Below, piece after piece: positions 1 through 8,468 of a DNA stretch of 64,000 nt. This DNA comes from a virus. Its lineage: Duplodnaviria; Heunggongvirae; Uroviricota; Caudoviricetes. Made by a program: the position numbers and the translations under genes. Position 1 is the stretch's first letter, and each line of letters starts with the position of its first letter. The stretch covers positions 285,489 to 349,488 of IMG/VR virus record IMGVR_UViG_3300028914_000001. One strand, given 5' to 3'. The notes under the pieces were generated by a model. It was not told the DNA's origin, ran no database searches, and saw only the letters and a program-made list of their open reading frames with translations.

Positions 1-173
1 CCAAGGACGATTCCGCCATATTCTTGTCAGAACTCGCAAAATGTTCGTTCAGGACAAAGACGATGGTGGCTCATACGTGCCCGAACTGCGGAGGTGTGAC
101 GGTGACCCCGTTCCCCTTTCGGTATTCTACATTCATTTCCTCGGTACAAATTAGAAAGTCTGCGGAAACGTAA
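1..173 (+). CDS. 3' end of a CxxC-containing protein, possibly T4 gp26-like baseplate/tail assembly chaperone (partial)
   Basis: Frame 3 is open from the window edge: ...TMVAHTCPNCGGVTVTPFPFRYSTF...SAET*. C-terminal CPNCG followed by aromatic residues; lies near the neck gene. Confidence 0.45.
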   Translation, partial: KDDSAIFLSELAKCSFRTKTMVAHTCPNCGGVTVTPFPFRYSTFISSVQIRKSAET

Positions 174-310
174 GATTTATGTAACGGCGGAAACATCCAC
201 GTCTGCACTGGAATGCGACCGAATGTTCTTCCCGGAGTTCATCGAGTTGAGCGATTACGTCATAGACAAGATGAAATCCCGTCGAAAAGTGAATAAAAGC
301 AATGAAGTGA

Positions 311-340
311 CCTACGGCTGATGCCGTAGGCTTTCTTTTT
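311..340 (+). terminator. Rho-independent terminator
   Basis: CCTACGGC-tgat-GCCGTAGG followed by CTTTCTTTTT. Confidence 0.75.
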
Positions 341-351
341 GACCGTCGAGG

Positions 352-359
352 TATAAACT
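352..359 (+). promoter_or_regulatory. putative late promoter TATAAACT
   Basis: Recurrent motif resembling T4 late TATAAATA, 28 nt upstream of ATG 387. Confidence 0.65.
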
Positions 360-386
360 ATTGTTAGTTCATTACTGAGGAGTAAT

Positions 387-1136
387 ATGAATCCGTACAA
401 AATCTTTGTTGAATCCATGCAGGATGCAGGCATTGATTCGACTACTATTGATGCGGTTGCTGCTATCCACAAAGCCATCTATGAGGCTGCCGAAGACGAC
501 TCTGATGACGATAAGAAGAAAGGCAAAAAGCCAGAAAAGGACGAAAAGGAAGAAAAGGACGAAAAGGAAGAAAAGGAAGGCCCCGACGAGAATGAATTTG
601 AAGGACCAGAGGATGACCCTCCTTCTGAAGACGATAAGTCCGATGATGTAGACGGAGCTCCTGACGAAGACCCGCCTGATTTCGAACCCGATGAAAGCCC
701 GGAAACCGCAGCTAACGAACCGAACGCCGACGAAGGCGCCAAGGCTATCATGTACAATATCCTTACCCTCATGAATGCCAAGCAGAACGCATACCAGCAA
801 TACCACTGGAATGCCGAAGGCAAAGCTCTCCACGAGAAGGCTCAGGAATGCTATGAGCTCTATCAGGAAACGAAGGACAAGGTGGCGGAAACATTGCAGG
901 CTACCTACAACGAAAACATTGATTTCAAGGTATGGTCGGGCAAGATTCCTAACCTTACGGACAAGGGTGCATTCCTCGCATCAGTCGATGAAGACCTTGA
1001 CCAGATTTCCGAGTTCCGTTCCCAGCTCGAACACTTCGAGACGTTTGGCTTGAATGGAACGCTTGATGGATTCATTGATGAATTGACTGGAATCAAGTAT
1101 CACCTTATCAGGTTCTTTGAAAACAAGGACGCTTAA
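387..1136 (+). CDS. Dps/ferritin-like domain protein with long acidic N-terminal region
   Basis: YHWNAEGKALHEKAQECYE...DKVAE matches the Dps HWNxxG...LH...Y...D.xAE pattern; GAGGAG RBS; D/E/K low-complexity linker. Confidence 0.7.
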   Translation: MNPYKIFVESMQDAGIDSTTIDAVAAIHKAIYEAAEDDSDDDKKKGKKPEKDEKEEKDEKEEKEGPDENEFEGPEDDPPSEDDKSDDVDGAPDEDPPDFEPDESPETAANEPNADEGAKAIMYNILTLMNAKQNAYQQYHWNAEGKALHEKAQECYELYQETKDKVAETLQATYNENIDFKVWSGKIPNLTDKGAFLASVDEDLDQISEFRSQLEHFETFGLNGTLDGFIDELTGIKYHLIRFFENKDA

Positions 1137-1150
1137 CTAATGGTTCTATA

Positions 1151-1951
1151 ATGCGTAGAAATCCCGACATATTCGCCTTGCCGCCAGACCCGCTGCCAAC
1201 CATGCTGATGACTCGTGACGATATCACCGAGTACATCAAGGCTAGGCTTGGCTATCCTGCGACAGAGATAGAAATGGAAGTGGAAAACCGAAACGGTCTT
1301 GGGCACATTGCCATGGCAATTCAAGACTCGCTCGACTACTTCTACCGTTATATGCAGTCTGAGGCCACTTACAGCGACTACATGATTATCCAGTTGAAAC
1401 AGGGAATCATGGAGTATAGGGTTCCAGACAATGTGTACCAGCTTGTTGACTTGAACCCGAGCTACGGCAATACGTTCAGCCCGATGATGGCGTGGGATGT
1501 TGGCCCAGGCGAATCCCTTATGGGTGTTGGCGGCGCAGGTCTCGGCGGATTGGGACAGTTCGACCTTATCACCTATGCAGGCGCCCTCAGGTATCTGCAA
1601 GATGTTAAGAAATTGGTCGGAACCCAGTACAGCGTGAAGTTGCACCCGGTCGAGCACCGTATGCGTGTCTACCCGACACCGAAGACGGACAGGTTCGCAA
1701 TCGCCCGTGTCTACTTGAAGGCAAAGCAGGCGGAAGTGTTCGCAAACCCGCTGTTCAGGGACTTCGTCGTGTCCCGTGCTGGTATGCAGCTCGGTATCAT
1801 CCTCATGAAGGATACGGTCTCGCTCCCAGGTGGCGGAACGGTGAACGGGCAGACGATTTACACCACTTGGAAGGAAATCAACGACAAGAAACTCGAAGAA
1901 ATCAAGAACGAGGCTGCAAGGCCGTGCATGATGACTGACTTGTCTAACTAA
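1151..1951 (+). CDS. T4 gp13-like neck protein
   Basis: YIKARLGYPATEIEM, AIQDSLDYF and C-terminal LPGGGTVNGQ.IY typical of gp13-family neck proteins. Confidence 0.8.
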   Translation: MRRNPDIFALPPDPLPTMLMTRDDITEYIKARLGYPATEIEMEVENRNGLGHIAMAIQDSLDYFYRYMQSEATYSDYMIIQLKQGIMEYRVPDNVYQLVDLNPSYGNTFSPMMAWDVGPGESLMGVGGAGLGGLGQFDLITYAGALRYLQDVKKLVGTQYSVKLHPVEHRMRVYPTPKTDRFAIARVYLKAKQAEVFANPLFRDFVVSRAGMQLGIILMKDTVSLPGGGTVNGQTIYTTWKEINDKKLEEIKNEAARPCMMTDLSN

Positions 1952-1994
1952 CCCTTGACGGTCGTGATTGAATTATCTAAATTAGGAGGACGAC

Positions 1995-2231
1995 ATGACA
2001 AGAAAAAATAGGAATACGGAAGCTACTTCCATACAGGGCGATAGCCTCCTTGAAAAGGCAGCACCCGTCATCGTAGAACCGCCAAAGCCGACGGTCGCCG
2101 ATGGAAAGGAAGCTAAGGCCGTTCCCGTGAAGAAGAAGCGTATCAGGCACCGCCAGACGGTGAAGCTCCACAACAAGAAGCTCTCTGTCTCGGTCATCTG
2201 CTCGAATCCGTATCTGAGACAGTTCTTGTAA
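1995..2231 (+). CDS. hypothetical basic protein
   Basis: AGGAGG RBS, 78 aa ORF. Confidence 0.55.
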   Translation: MTRKNRNTEATSIQGDSLLEKAAPVIVEPPKPTVADGKEAKAVPVKKKRIRHRQTVKLHNKKLSVSVICSNPYLRQFL

Positions 2232-2240
2232 GGAAGTGGT

Positions 2241-2726
2241 ATGACTGACGAAACAAAGAATAAGCTCGCTGCTAGGTTGAAGGAATACTTTACATTCCTG
2301 TTTTGGGCCGATGCCGACCAAGTGAAAATCATGATGAAAGTCCTTAACGAGACTGCTGTCATGGTAAGGGTTCTTATGCCATACATGGGCTGGAACACTG
2401 AAATAAGGACGACAATTAACGGAGACCTCAATCATCTTCTCAGTGATGAATACCGTGGTAGCGAGGACCTGGGTGGGGCGTTCGACATCGTCCCGTTCAT
2501 GAGTGAAACCAAGATACTGGTGTCTACGGCGACCACATACAATGGAAAGCCGATTTCCGCCGAGTATACTATCAAGCCATTGGATGGGGCTGGTATGAGC
2601 AAGCTTGTTAACCAGACTTTCAAACAGTTTGAGGACAAGGTTCGTCGGGACATCTACGATATGAAGAAAGCGGGAACCTTTGTTGACGATGCTGTTGCAT
2701 CGGAAGATTCTTGGGAAACAGTATAA
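2241..2726 (+). CDS. hypothetical protein
   Basis: 161 aa ORF with AAGGA RBS. Confidence 0.65.
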   Translation: MTDETKNKLAARLKEYFTFLFWADADQVKIMMKVLNETAVMVRVLMPYMGWNTEIRTTINGDLNHLLSDEYRGSEDLGGAFDIVPFMSETKILVSTATTYNGKPISAEYTIKPLDGAGMSKLVNQTFKQFEDKVRRDIYDMKKAGTFVDDAVASEDSWETV

Positions 2727-2729
2727 ACT
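2722..2729 (+). promoter_or_regulatory. putative late promoter TATAAACT
   Basis: Exact motif upstream of the 2750/2804 starts. Confidence 0.55.
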
Positions 2730-2803
2730 AAATTTGATTAAGGTATCTTATGGGAAGCGAAGTTTAGGGTGAGACTATGGGAACCGACATGTAGGATGAG
2801 ATT

Positions 2804-3196
2804 ATGGGAGTTGAGAGTGCATTGCCGAGTATGATTGTGGGTGGTAACGTTATTGGTTACAGCGACCACAATGAGAACCTCTATAATGAACGTGATGTCA
2901 TAGGGGAGTTTAACCGTCGTGCAATCAACGCTCCTGGCTACGGATACAACGACATTCTTGCAACAATCGAGAAATTCAAGCAGAATCATGGATATGAGTT
3001 CCAGCCGCTAACCGAAGTGGATAAAAAGGAGCTTTATTCGTCAAGCGTTAGCACACCTGCCGGAAGCCTCTCGACTGTTGTCGATAAGGGCCCGTGCGGC
3101 ACTTCCGTAACTACTGTGCAAAATCCTCCACAACCGATGGATTCCGATGTGGCGAATGCAATGGCAATGCTCAAAGACTGCATCCTTCAAGGGTAA
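2804..3196 (+). CDS. hypothetical protein
   Basis: 130 aa ORF preceded by two in-frame mini-ORFs. Confidence 0.6.
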   Translation: MGVESALPSMIVGGNVIGYSDHNENLYNERDVIGEFNRRAINAPGYGYNDILATIEKFKQNHGYEFQPLTEVDKKELYSSSVSTPAGSLSTVVDKGPCGTSVTTVQNPPQPMDSDVANAMAMLKDCILQG

Positions 3197-3364
3197 AATC
3201 ATGAAACGAATATACATAAATAAAAACGAGGCCAAGGAAACGCCTTATGCGAGAAAATTGCGGATAGCGGAAACCGAAAATGGTAGAAAGCTGCGATGCC
3301 GTGTGGTTGAAAACAAGAAAAAGTATAAGAGAAGTCGGGAAATTCCCGACTTTAATTTTTTGTC

Positions 3365-3393
3365 TTGCAATTCATATTTTTTGGTGCTATATT
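3365..3393 (+). promoter_or_regulatory. sigma70-type early promoter
   Basis: TTGCAA-17 nt-TATATT. Confidence 0.65.
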
Positions 3394-3525
3394 TATAATA
3401 GTATTAAACCTGTTCATTTGGACAACAGGGTTAATACCGTTTAATAGCAAGATGACGGCACAATATAATCAAATTGTTAATCGTGAATAAAGCAACCAGT
3501 GGCCGTACCTCTTGTATGAGGAGAT

Positions 3526-4269
3526 ATGATAAAAAAGGAAGTGGTGTATGTAGATAAAAAAGTATTATCCGAATCATATAACAAATCACAGACATATCTA
3601 AGCGCATTAAAGACAAAACTGAATATGGAGAATACTGGCGATATAATAAATGCAATCGTAAGGATGTGCAAGAAGCTGTTGTCGAACGACAATGCAAACA
3701 ACAGGCGCCTGTATAATACATATCGAGACATCGTAATCGGCAATTACTCGCTTTATCTTATCAGAGTTTACAACAATTATGCAAAACAGTATTTACTGAA
3801 CGCAAATGACCTTGTGCATCTGCCGTATGTTTATTTCAGGTCGTTGGTAAACAATTTCGACCCTGAATGCGGCGTGTCGTTCAATTCCTATATGGTGCTA
3901 TGTCTCCACGGCTACATCAAGAAGTTCATATCGGATGAGTCCTTGGTGCATGTTAACCCGGCAAAGAAAGTAACATTGACTTATGTCGGCACGACTATGC
4001 AGGGGAAGGATGGGGATGAAATAGAATACCTACGCTCGATAGACCCTTTTGACGCCGACTCGCAGGGAAAACTGCAGTTTGCATCGAAGTTTCTTGACTC
4101 GCTATCACCAGAGATGCAGGAACTATACGGATACCTTGTGGCGATGGAATCATCCAAGGAAGCCACAGAAGTATATGCAGAATGCCATCATTGCAGCAAG
4201 GAGAAGGTTTCATTTCTCCTGAATCGAATGCGAAGGAAAATACGGATGGCATGGAGTGCCAACAAGTAA
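3526..4269 (+). CDS. sigma70-family-like transcription factor
   Basis: NFDPECGVSFNSYMVLCLHGYIKKFI resembles sigma region 2.3-2.4; C-terminal region-4-like HTH (SKEKVSFLLNRMRRKIR). Confidence 0.65.
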   Translation: MIKKEVVYVDKKVLSESYNKSQTYLSALKTKLNMENTGDIINAIVRMCKKLLSNDNANNRRLYNTYRDIVIGNYSLYLIRVYNNYAKQYLLNANDLVHLPYVYFRSLVNNFDPECGVSFNSYMVLCLHGYIKKFISDESLVHVNPAKKVTLTYVGTTMQGKDGDEIEYLRSIDPFDADSQGKLQFASKFLDSLSPEMQELYGYLVAMESSKEATEVYAECHHCSKEKVSFLLNRMRRKIRMAWSANK

Positions 4270-4284
4270 TAACAGGAGGAGCAA

Positions 4285-5091
4285 ATGTCTTTATTCGGTA
4301 ACAAGAAGCTTCCGAACCCGCCTACATACCAGATACAGGATATGGTGGATGACGCAATCAACATGATAATGGCGTCTGGCTATATTTCAAGAAACAGGGC
4401 GTACCTTGAAAAGATGGAAAGGGTGTCGTTTGAATATACCCCAGAGTTGATAGCCAACTCGTTCGCCAACTATGGCGGAAACAACAGGTATCACGTTTAT
4501 ACATTCGCCGGGTTAAGTCTCCTGATATGTACTTGTGCTTCTATCTTCACGGTATACACGAAGACTCACAAGACGAATCAGGTTAAAAGGGCACTTAAAT
4601 GGTTGTTTAGCCATGCGTTGGTTGAAGACGAGGCGTACGGACAGACATGGGACTTTGTCGATGAGGTTAAGATTGAGCTATTCTACAAGAAGTTCCCCGA
4701 ATATCTTGTCAAGGAATACTATCCGCAGTATACAGAACTCGCCCGCAAGATGATTGTCTTTGTCCTTGGACATGAAATCGGTCACATCATGCTTGGGCAC
4801 TTGGACCGCACGAACCATATTCCGAACAATGTGTCCCGCAACAACGAACGCTCCTGCGACCTGTTCTCGTGCTCAATCCTGCAAGGCACTGGCGTTGGCA
4901 GCTCGTTTGTTGGAGGCCCCGTGTTCCTGACGCTCATATTCTTCTTCATGGACGACTCGAAATACCGCAACCATCAGTATGGAACCCACCCCGGCCACCG
5001 GGACAGGGTTATGAACATGGTACAGTCCTTCAAGAACGAACTCCTGTATGCAAACATATCCGAAGCGGATATTCTAAATTTGATGAGGTAA
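4285..5091 (+). CDS. zinc metallopeptidase (M48/Lit-like)
   Basis: FVLGHEIGHIMLGH (HExxH), ERSCD, THPGHRDR. Confidence 0.75.
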   Translation: MSLFGNKKLPNPPTYQIQDMVDDAINMIMASGYISRNRAYLEKMERVSFEYTPELIANSFANYGGNNRYHVYTFAGLSLLICTCASIFTVYTKTHKTNQVKRALKWLFSHALVEDEAYGQTWDFVDEVKIELFYKKFPEYLVKEYYPQYTELARKMIVFVLGHEIGHIMLGHLDRTNHIPNNVSRNNERSCDLFSCSILQGTGVGSSFVGGPVFLTLIFFFMDDSKYRNHQYGTHPGHRDRVMNMVQSFKNELLYANISEADILNLMR

Positions 5092-5095
5092 TAGG

Positions 5096-6115
5096 ATGAA
5101 CAAATTCCTATACATTTACACGTTTTATTCGACAGCCCCTTGCCGCCTCCGAAATTTCACTGCATCAATCGAACAGCTTAAAACCGTAGACCCGGAAGCC
5201 GATATTTGTGTAGTCGAACAGAATGGTCTCACCGAAATCCCCGAGACCACTTTCCATCACAAGGTCGATATCGACGATACGAAATTCCACAAGACGGAAC
5301 TCCTTAACTATGCGGTCAAGAATCATCCTGAATACACGCATTATGTCATGATTGATGCCGACTCTTGGATTGATGCGGGAGTTGTTGACAATATCCATGA
5401 GCACTGCGACGACGCACCGCTTGTATTCCCTTACGAAACCTGCGTGTATCTTACCGAGGCGCAGACCCGTCGTAAATGCCGTCATGACATGGTTGATATC
5501 CCGTTGCAATACAATAGTTCCATACCAATAACCAGGCAAACAGGTCTAATCAACTGTTTTAGCCGGGAAACGTACAATCGTGTCGGTGGGTTCGACAACG
5601 AGTTTGTCGGATGGGGTGCCGAAGACGATGCCTTCGTATATAAAATCCGCCGAGTTACGGGAACCAAGGAAATGCGTTGCAAGGGAGGAGTTGTATTCCA
5701 TCTGTGGCATCCGAAGGTCAACGACCGTTCTTATCTTGACGGGCTGCAATATAAGAAGAATAGGGCATATTGCTCATTGATTCGTCGTATGACTGATGAC
5801 GAGTTCAGACAATATTTGAACAAGGAAACTACCCTTGACACGATTTACACGAGTTTCGTGGAGCGTGGAGGTATCGAGGGCGATGCCAAGCTGAGTATTA
5901 GTCCTGACACAAGGCTTAACATAAACACGTCGATTTACTACGTTCCTAGCCTTAGGCCTACAATGACAGAATTTCTCACCGAGGTGCTTTATGAGGATGG
6001 TCCAGACTATGTAAAACATTTTGTTGACAAATATGTCAAGAAAGAAAGTGCCTACCCCGAAGTGTTGAAAGCGGTCGAAGATTTCTACGCAAAGAACGGT
6101 ATCACGGATGATTAG
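5096..6115 (+). CDS. GT-A fold glycosyltransferase (GT2/GT7-like)
   Basis: VVEQ, DAD motif, GGFDNEFVGWGAEDD, HLWH. Confidence 0.85.
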   Translation: MNKFLYIYTFYSTAPCRLRNFTASIEQLKTVDPEADICVVEQNGLTEIPETTFHHKVDIDDTKFHKTELLNYAVKNHPEYTHYVMIDADSWIDAGVVDNIHEHCDDAPLVFPYETCVYLTEAQTRRKCRHDMVDIPLQYNSSIPITRQTGLINCFSRETYNRVGGFDNEFVGWGAEDDAFVYKIRRVTGTKEMRCKGGVVFHLWHPKVNDRSYLDGLQYKKNRAYCSLIRRMTDDEFRQYLNKETTLDTIYTSFVERGGIEGDAKLSISPDTRLNINTSIYYVPSLRPTMTEFLTEVLYEDGPDYVKHFVDKYVKKESAYPEVLKAVEDFYAKNGITDD

Positions 6116-6794
6116 TCAATTTCAAGAGAATCTAGCATTGGGGGAGCAATCGGCACACAACCAGCTTGCCCTCTCGATTGCATCGGTTCGGCACGACGTT
6201 AGGTTTCACGAAGATGACTTTGCGGGCCGACTCTATGGTTTCTGTGAGGGAGGAACCCTTAGTACGCCATCATCGATGATGCGTTCTTACCGCAGGGTCT
6301 ACATCAAGTATGACTCGGAGGCGGAATACGATATTCCGTCTGGTTATCGCATAATCGAGTTTGGTGAAGGTAAAAAATATTTGACATATCCCCTTGCCGG
6401 GAACTACCACAGGTTGTTCCCCAAAGTTGACCAGACGGTCGCTTACGGAAAGCTCCGCACGTTGGAACAGGCGGAACAGTATATCGACACTTTGTGCAAG
6501 ATTGGTGGCAAAATAGTCCTTGCCAATATCGGGGAAAAAGACTATATTTACAGGATAAAGGACGCACTGGATGCAAAGGGCATCTCTGTCGTCGTCCCAC
6601 AGAACCATTCGTTCCATGTGCTTGACACTTACCTGCGTTCGTCGGCAAGGCTGGTACATTTCGGGAACGGGAACCACGGGATGATGTTCGCCAAGGGATG
6701 CTTGTATGCACAGGACGGCGTCGATTTTATCACGGACTGCGACAAGGTTGTTCCAACCGACTTGTCAGAGTTCATCAAGGAAGAACGGTTATGA
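6108..6794 (+). CDS. hypothetical protein
   Basis: 228 aa ORF overlapping both neighbours (translational coupling). Confidence 0.6.
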   Translation: MISQFQENLALGEQSAHNQLALSIASVRHDVRFHEDDFAGRLYGFCEGGTLSTPSSMMRSYRRVYIKYDSEAEYDIPSGYRIIEFGEGKKYLTYPLAGNYHRLFPKVDQTVAYGKLRTLEQAEQYIDTLCKIGGKIVLANIGEKDYIYRIKDALDAKGISVVVPQNHSFHVLDTYLRSSARLVHFGNGNHGMMFAKGCLYAQDGVDFITDCDKVVPTDLSEFIKEERL

Positions 6795-7051
6795 GCGAAA
6801 AGTGCGACAAGGGTCTAATCCTGAAGATTCATATGGCAGGAATTGAACCAATCGAGTTCAGGAATGTCGGCATAGAAGTGTACGAAGGCCTGAAACGTGA
6901 CCTTGCGTCTGGACGCCCTTTCATAGAGTTCTCTGCGCTCATCCAGAAGGGTTCCGAGAGCTGTAACCAAATGTCCCTCATACCGACAGTCCATATTAAG
7001 AAAATTACGTTGGAAGAACCATCAACCGCCGAAAAGGAAGGGAGAGAGTAA
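6791..7051 (+). CDS. hypothetical protein
   Basis: ATGA overlap start at 6791. Confidence 0.55.
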   Translation: MSEKCDKGLILKIHMAGIEPIEFRNVGIEVYEGLKRDLASGRPFIEFSALIQKGSESCNQMSLIPTVHIKKITLEEPSTAEKEGRE

Positions 7052-7052
7052 A

Positions 7053-8105
7053 ATGGATGAAGTCGATTTGCTGGCAGGAACTATTCCTGAACCAGAAGAT
7101 GTAAAGAAGAGTGTGCCCGTAGCCAAGGGCGGCTATGAAATGTGGGTGGTTAAGCACCAGCCGCACACAGTAAGCGAAATGATTCTCCCGGACAATATCA
7201 GGAACAAGGTCGAGACGGCATTGCAGCTCAATGCTTTCGGCCATTACGTGTTCTATTCTAGCGCATCTGGTACTGGCAAGACTACGCTTTCCATGGCTAT
7301 CCCTAACACGCTCGGGACATCGTTCAAGTTCTTCTCCGCAAGAGAGCAGTCCGATGTTTTCACTGACATCGAAAGCTATGCCGCACAGGCCTGTGTGAAT
7401 GGTCTTCCCCGTTTTGTCGTTCTTGACGAGGCTGACCACCCGAATAAACCCGATGAATTCTACCGTAAGTTGCAGGGGCTTATCGAAGACAGCCAGAGCA
7501 CCATCCGTTTTATACTTACCTGTAACGAGTTCCATCGTCTCCCTAACGCAATTTCGTCGAGATGTTTCCCTGTATCTTTCGACTATCCTCGTGATGACCG
7601 TAACTTGAAGAATGCGATGTACACGAAGATGATGGAAATCGCCAGGGAGGAAACCGCCCCGTATTCTGGTACGGTTGACTCGACCACGGTAGCGGAAATT
7701 GTGTCCAAGTGCTATCCCGACATGCGATTGATGACCTCCACGATGTTCAACAACTTCCTGGAAAACCGTTGCTCCATCAAGGGCGAAGTCAAGGTGGTCT
7801 GCATGGAGTATACGAACAAGCTGGTTGACTTTGTCCTTGCTGGTGATGACCTCGGGGCACGCAAATTCGTGCTTGAAAACTATGTGGATTTCGACAGCTT
7901 GTTCCATCGTTTTGCCGAAACCATTATCGAAAAGAATGTTTTGCCGCCGATGGGAAGGCTTGAATTTTGCGTGATTACGGGCCAGTACGAGCAGATGAGC
8001 GAGTTCCAGGTAAGCCCGCACACGGTTGTAAACGCCTATATCTCCAAGGTAATCCTGTTGCTCTATAAGTACGGCGTTCTGAAAATGCCGCAAGCCGTAA
8101 GGTAA
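7053..8105 (+). CDS. clamp loader large subunit (T4 gp44/RFC-like AAA+)
   Basis: WVVKHQP, SGTGKTT Walker A, VVLDEAD Walker B, FILTCN, SRC motif. Confidence 0.92.
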   Translation: MDEVDLLAGTIPEPEDVKKSVPVAKGGYEMWVVKHQPHTVSEMILPDNIRNKVETALQLNAFGHYVFYSSASGTGKTTLSMAIPNTLGTSFKFFSAREQSDVFTDIESYAAQACVNGLPRFVVLDEADHPNKPDEFYRKLQGLIEDSQSTIRFILTCNEFHRLPNAISSRCFPVSFDYPRDDRNLKNAMYTKMMEIAREETAPYSGTVDSTTVAEIVSKCYPDMRLMTSTMFNNFLENRCSIKGEVKVVCMEYTNKLVDFVLAGDDLGARKFVLENYVDFDSLFHRFAETIIEKNVLPPMGRLEFCVITGQYEQMSEFQVSPHTVVNAYISKVILLLYKYGVLKMPQAVR

Positions 8106-8111
8106 TTCAAT

Positions 8112-8468
8112 ATGAAGTTCAGTGTTTCACAGTTTCTCAGAAACCGTATGGCGGGAGTTCCTGTTTCTGTTGAGGAGGAGGAAGTGTTCGAGCCGTTCCT
8201 TGTACAGGTGGCTCTCGAACGTGACCCGTCCGTGAACGATATCCTTCTCCAAACCAATACGAGGAGCTTCTTCCATCTAACGAAGAAGCTGCAGGCACAC
8301 GCTTTCGACTGCTTGCAGGGAATGCGGCTAAACATGCAGTATAACCCGACCAGGGGTAAGCGTGTTGCCGATATCAAGGAAGAGATTAGGGCCTACATGA
8401 AGGAATTTGGATTAGATTACAATTCGGCCAAGGCTATTGTGCTTGAAAAAGTGGGTATGAAATTATGA
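8112..8468 (+). CDS. probable clamp loader small subunit (gp62-like)
   Basis: Directly follows the gp44-like gene; FEPFLVQVAL resembles gp62 Y.PF....L; size fits. Confidence 0.55.
   Translation: MKFSVSQFLRNRMAGVPVSVEEEEVFEPFLVQVALERDPSVNDILLQTNTRSFFHLTKKLQAHAFDCLQGMRLNMQYNPTRGKRVADIKEEIRAYMKEFGLDYNSAKAIVLEKVGMKL

Noticed and set aside
534-580. Short direct repeats as a CRISPR array or regulatory repeat
   Set aside because: They are coding EKDEKE low-complexity repeats with no spacers; I saw no CRISPR array in the window.
3200-3398. ArfA-like ribosome rescue peptide (RVVENKKKYKR)
   Set aside because: Similarity is limited to a short basic patch and the ORF overlaps a promoter; not supportable.
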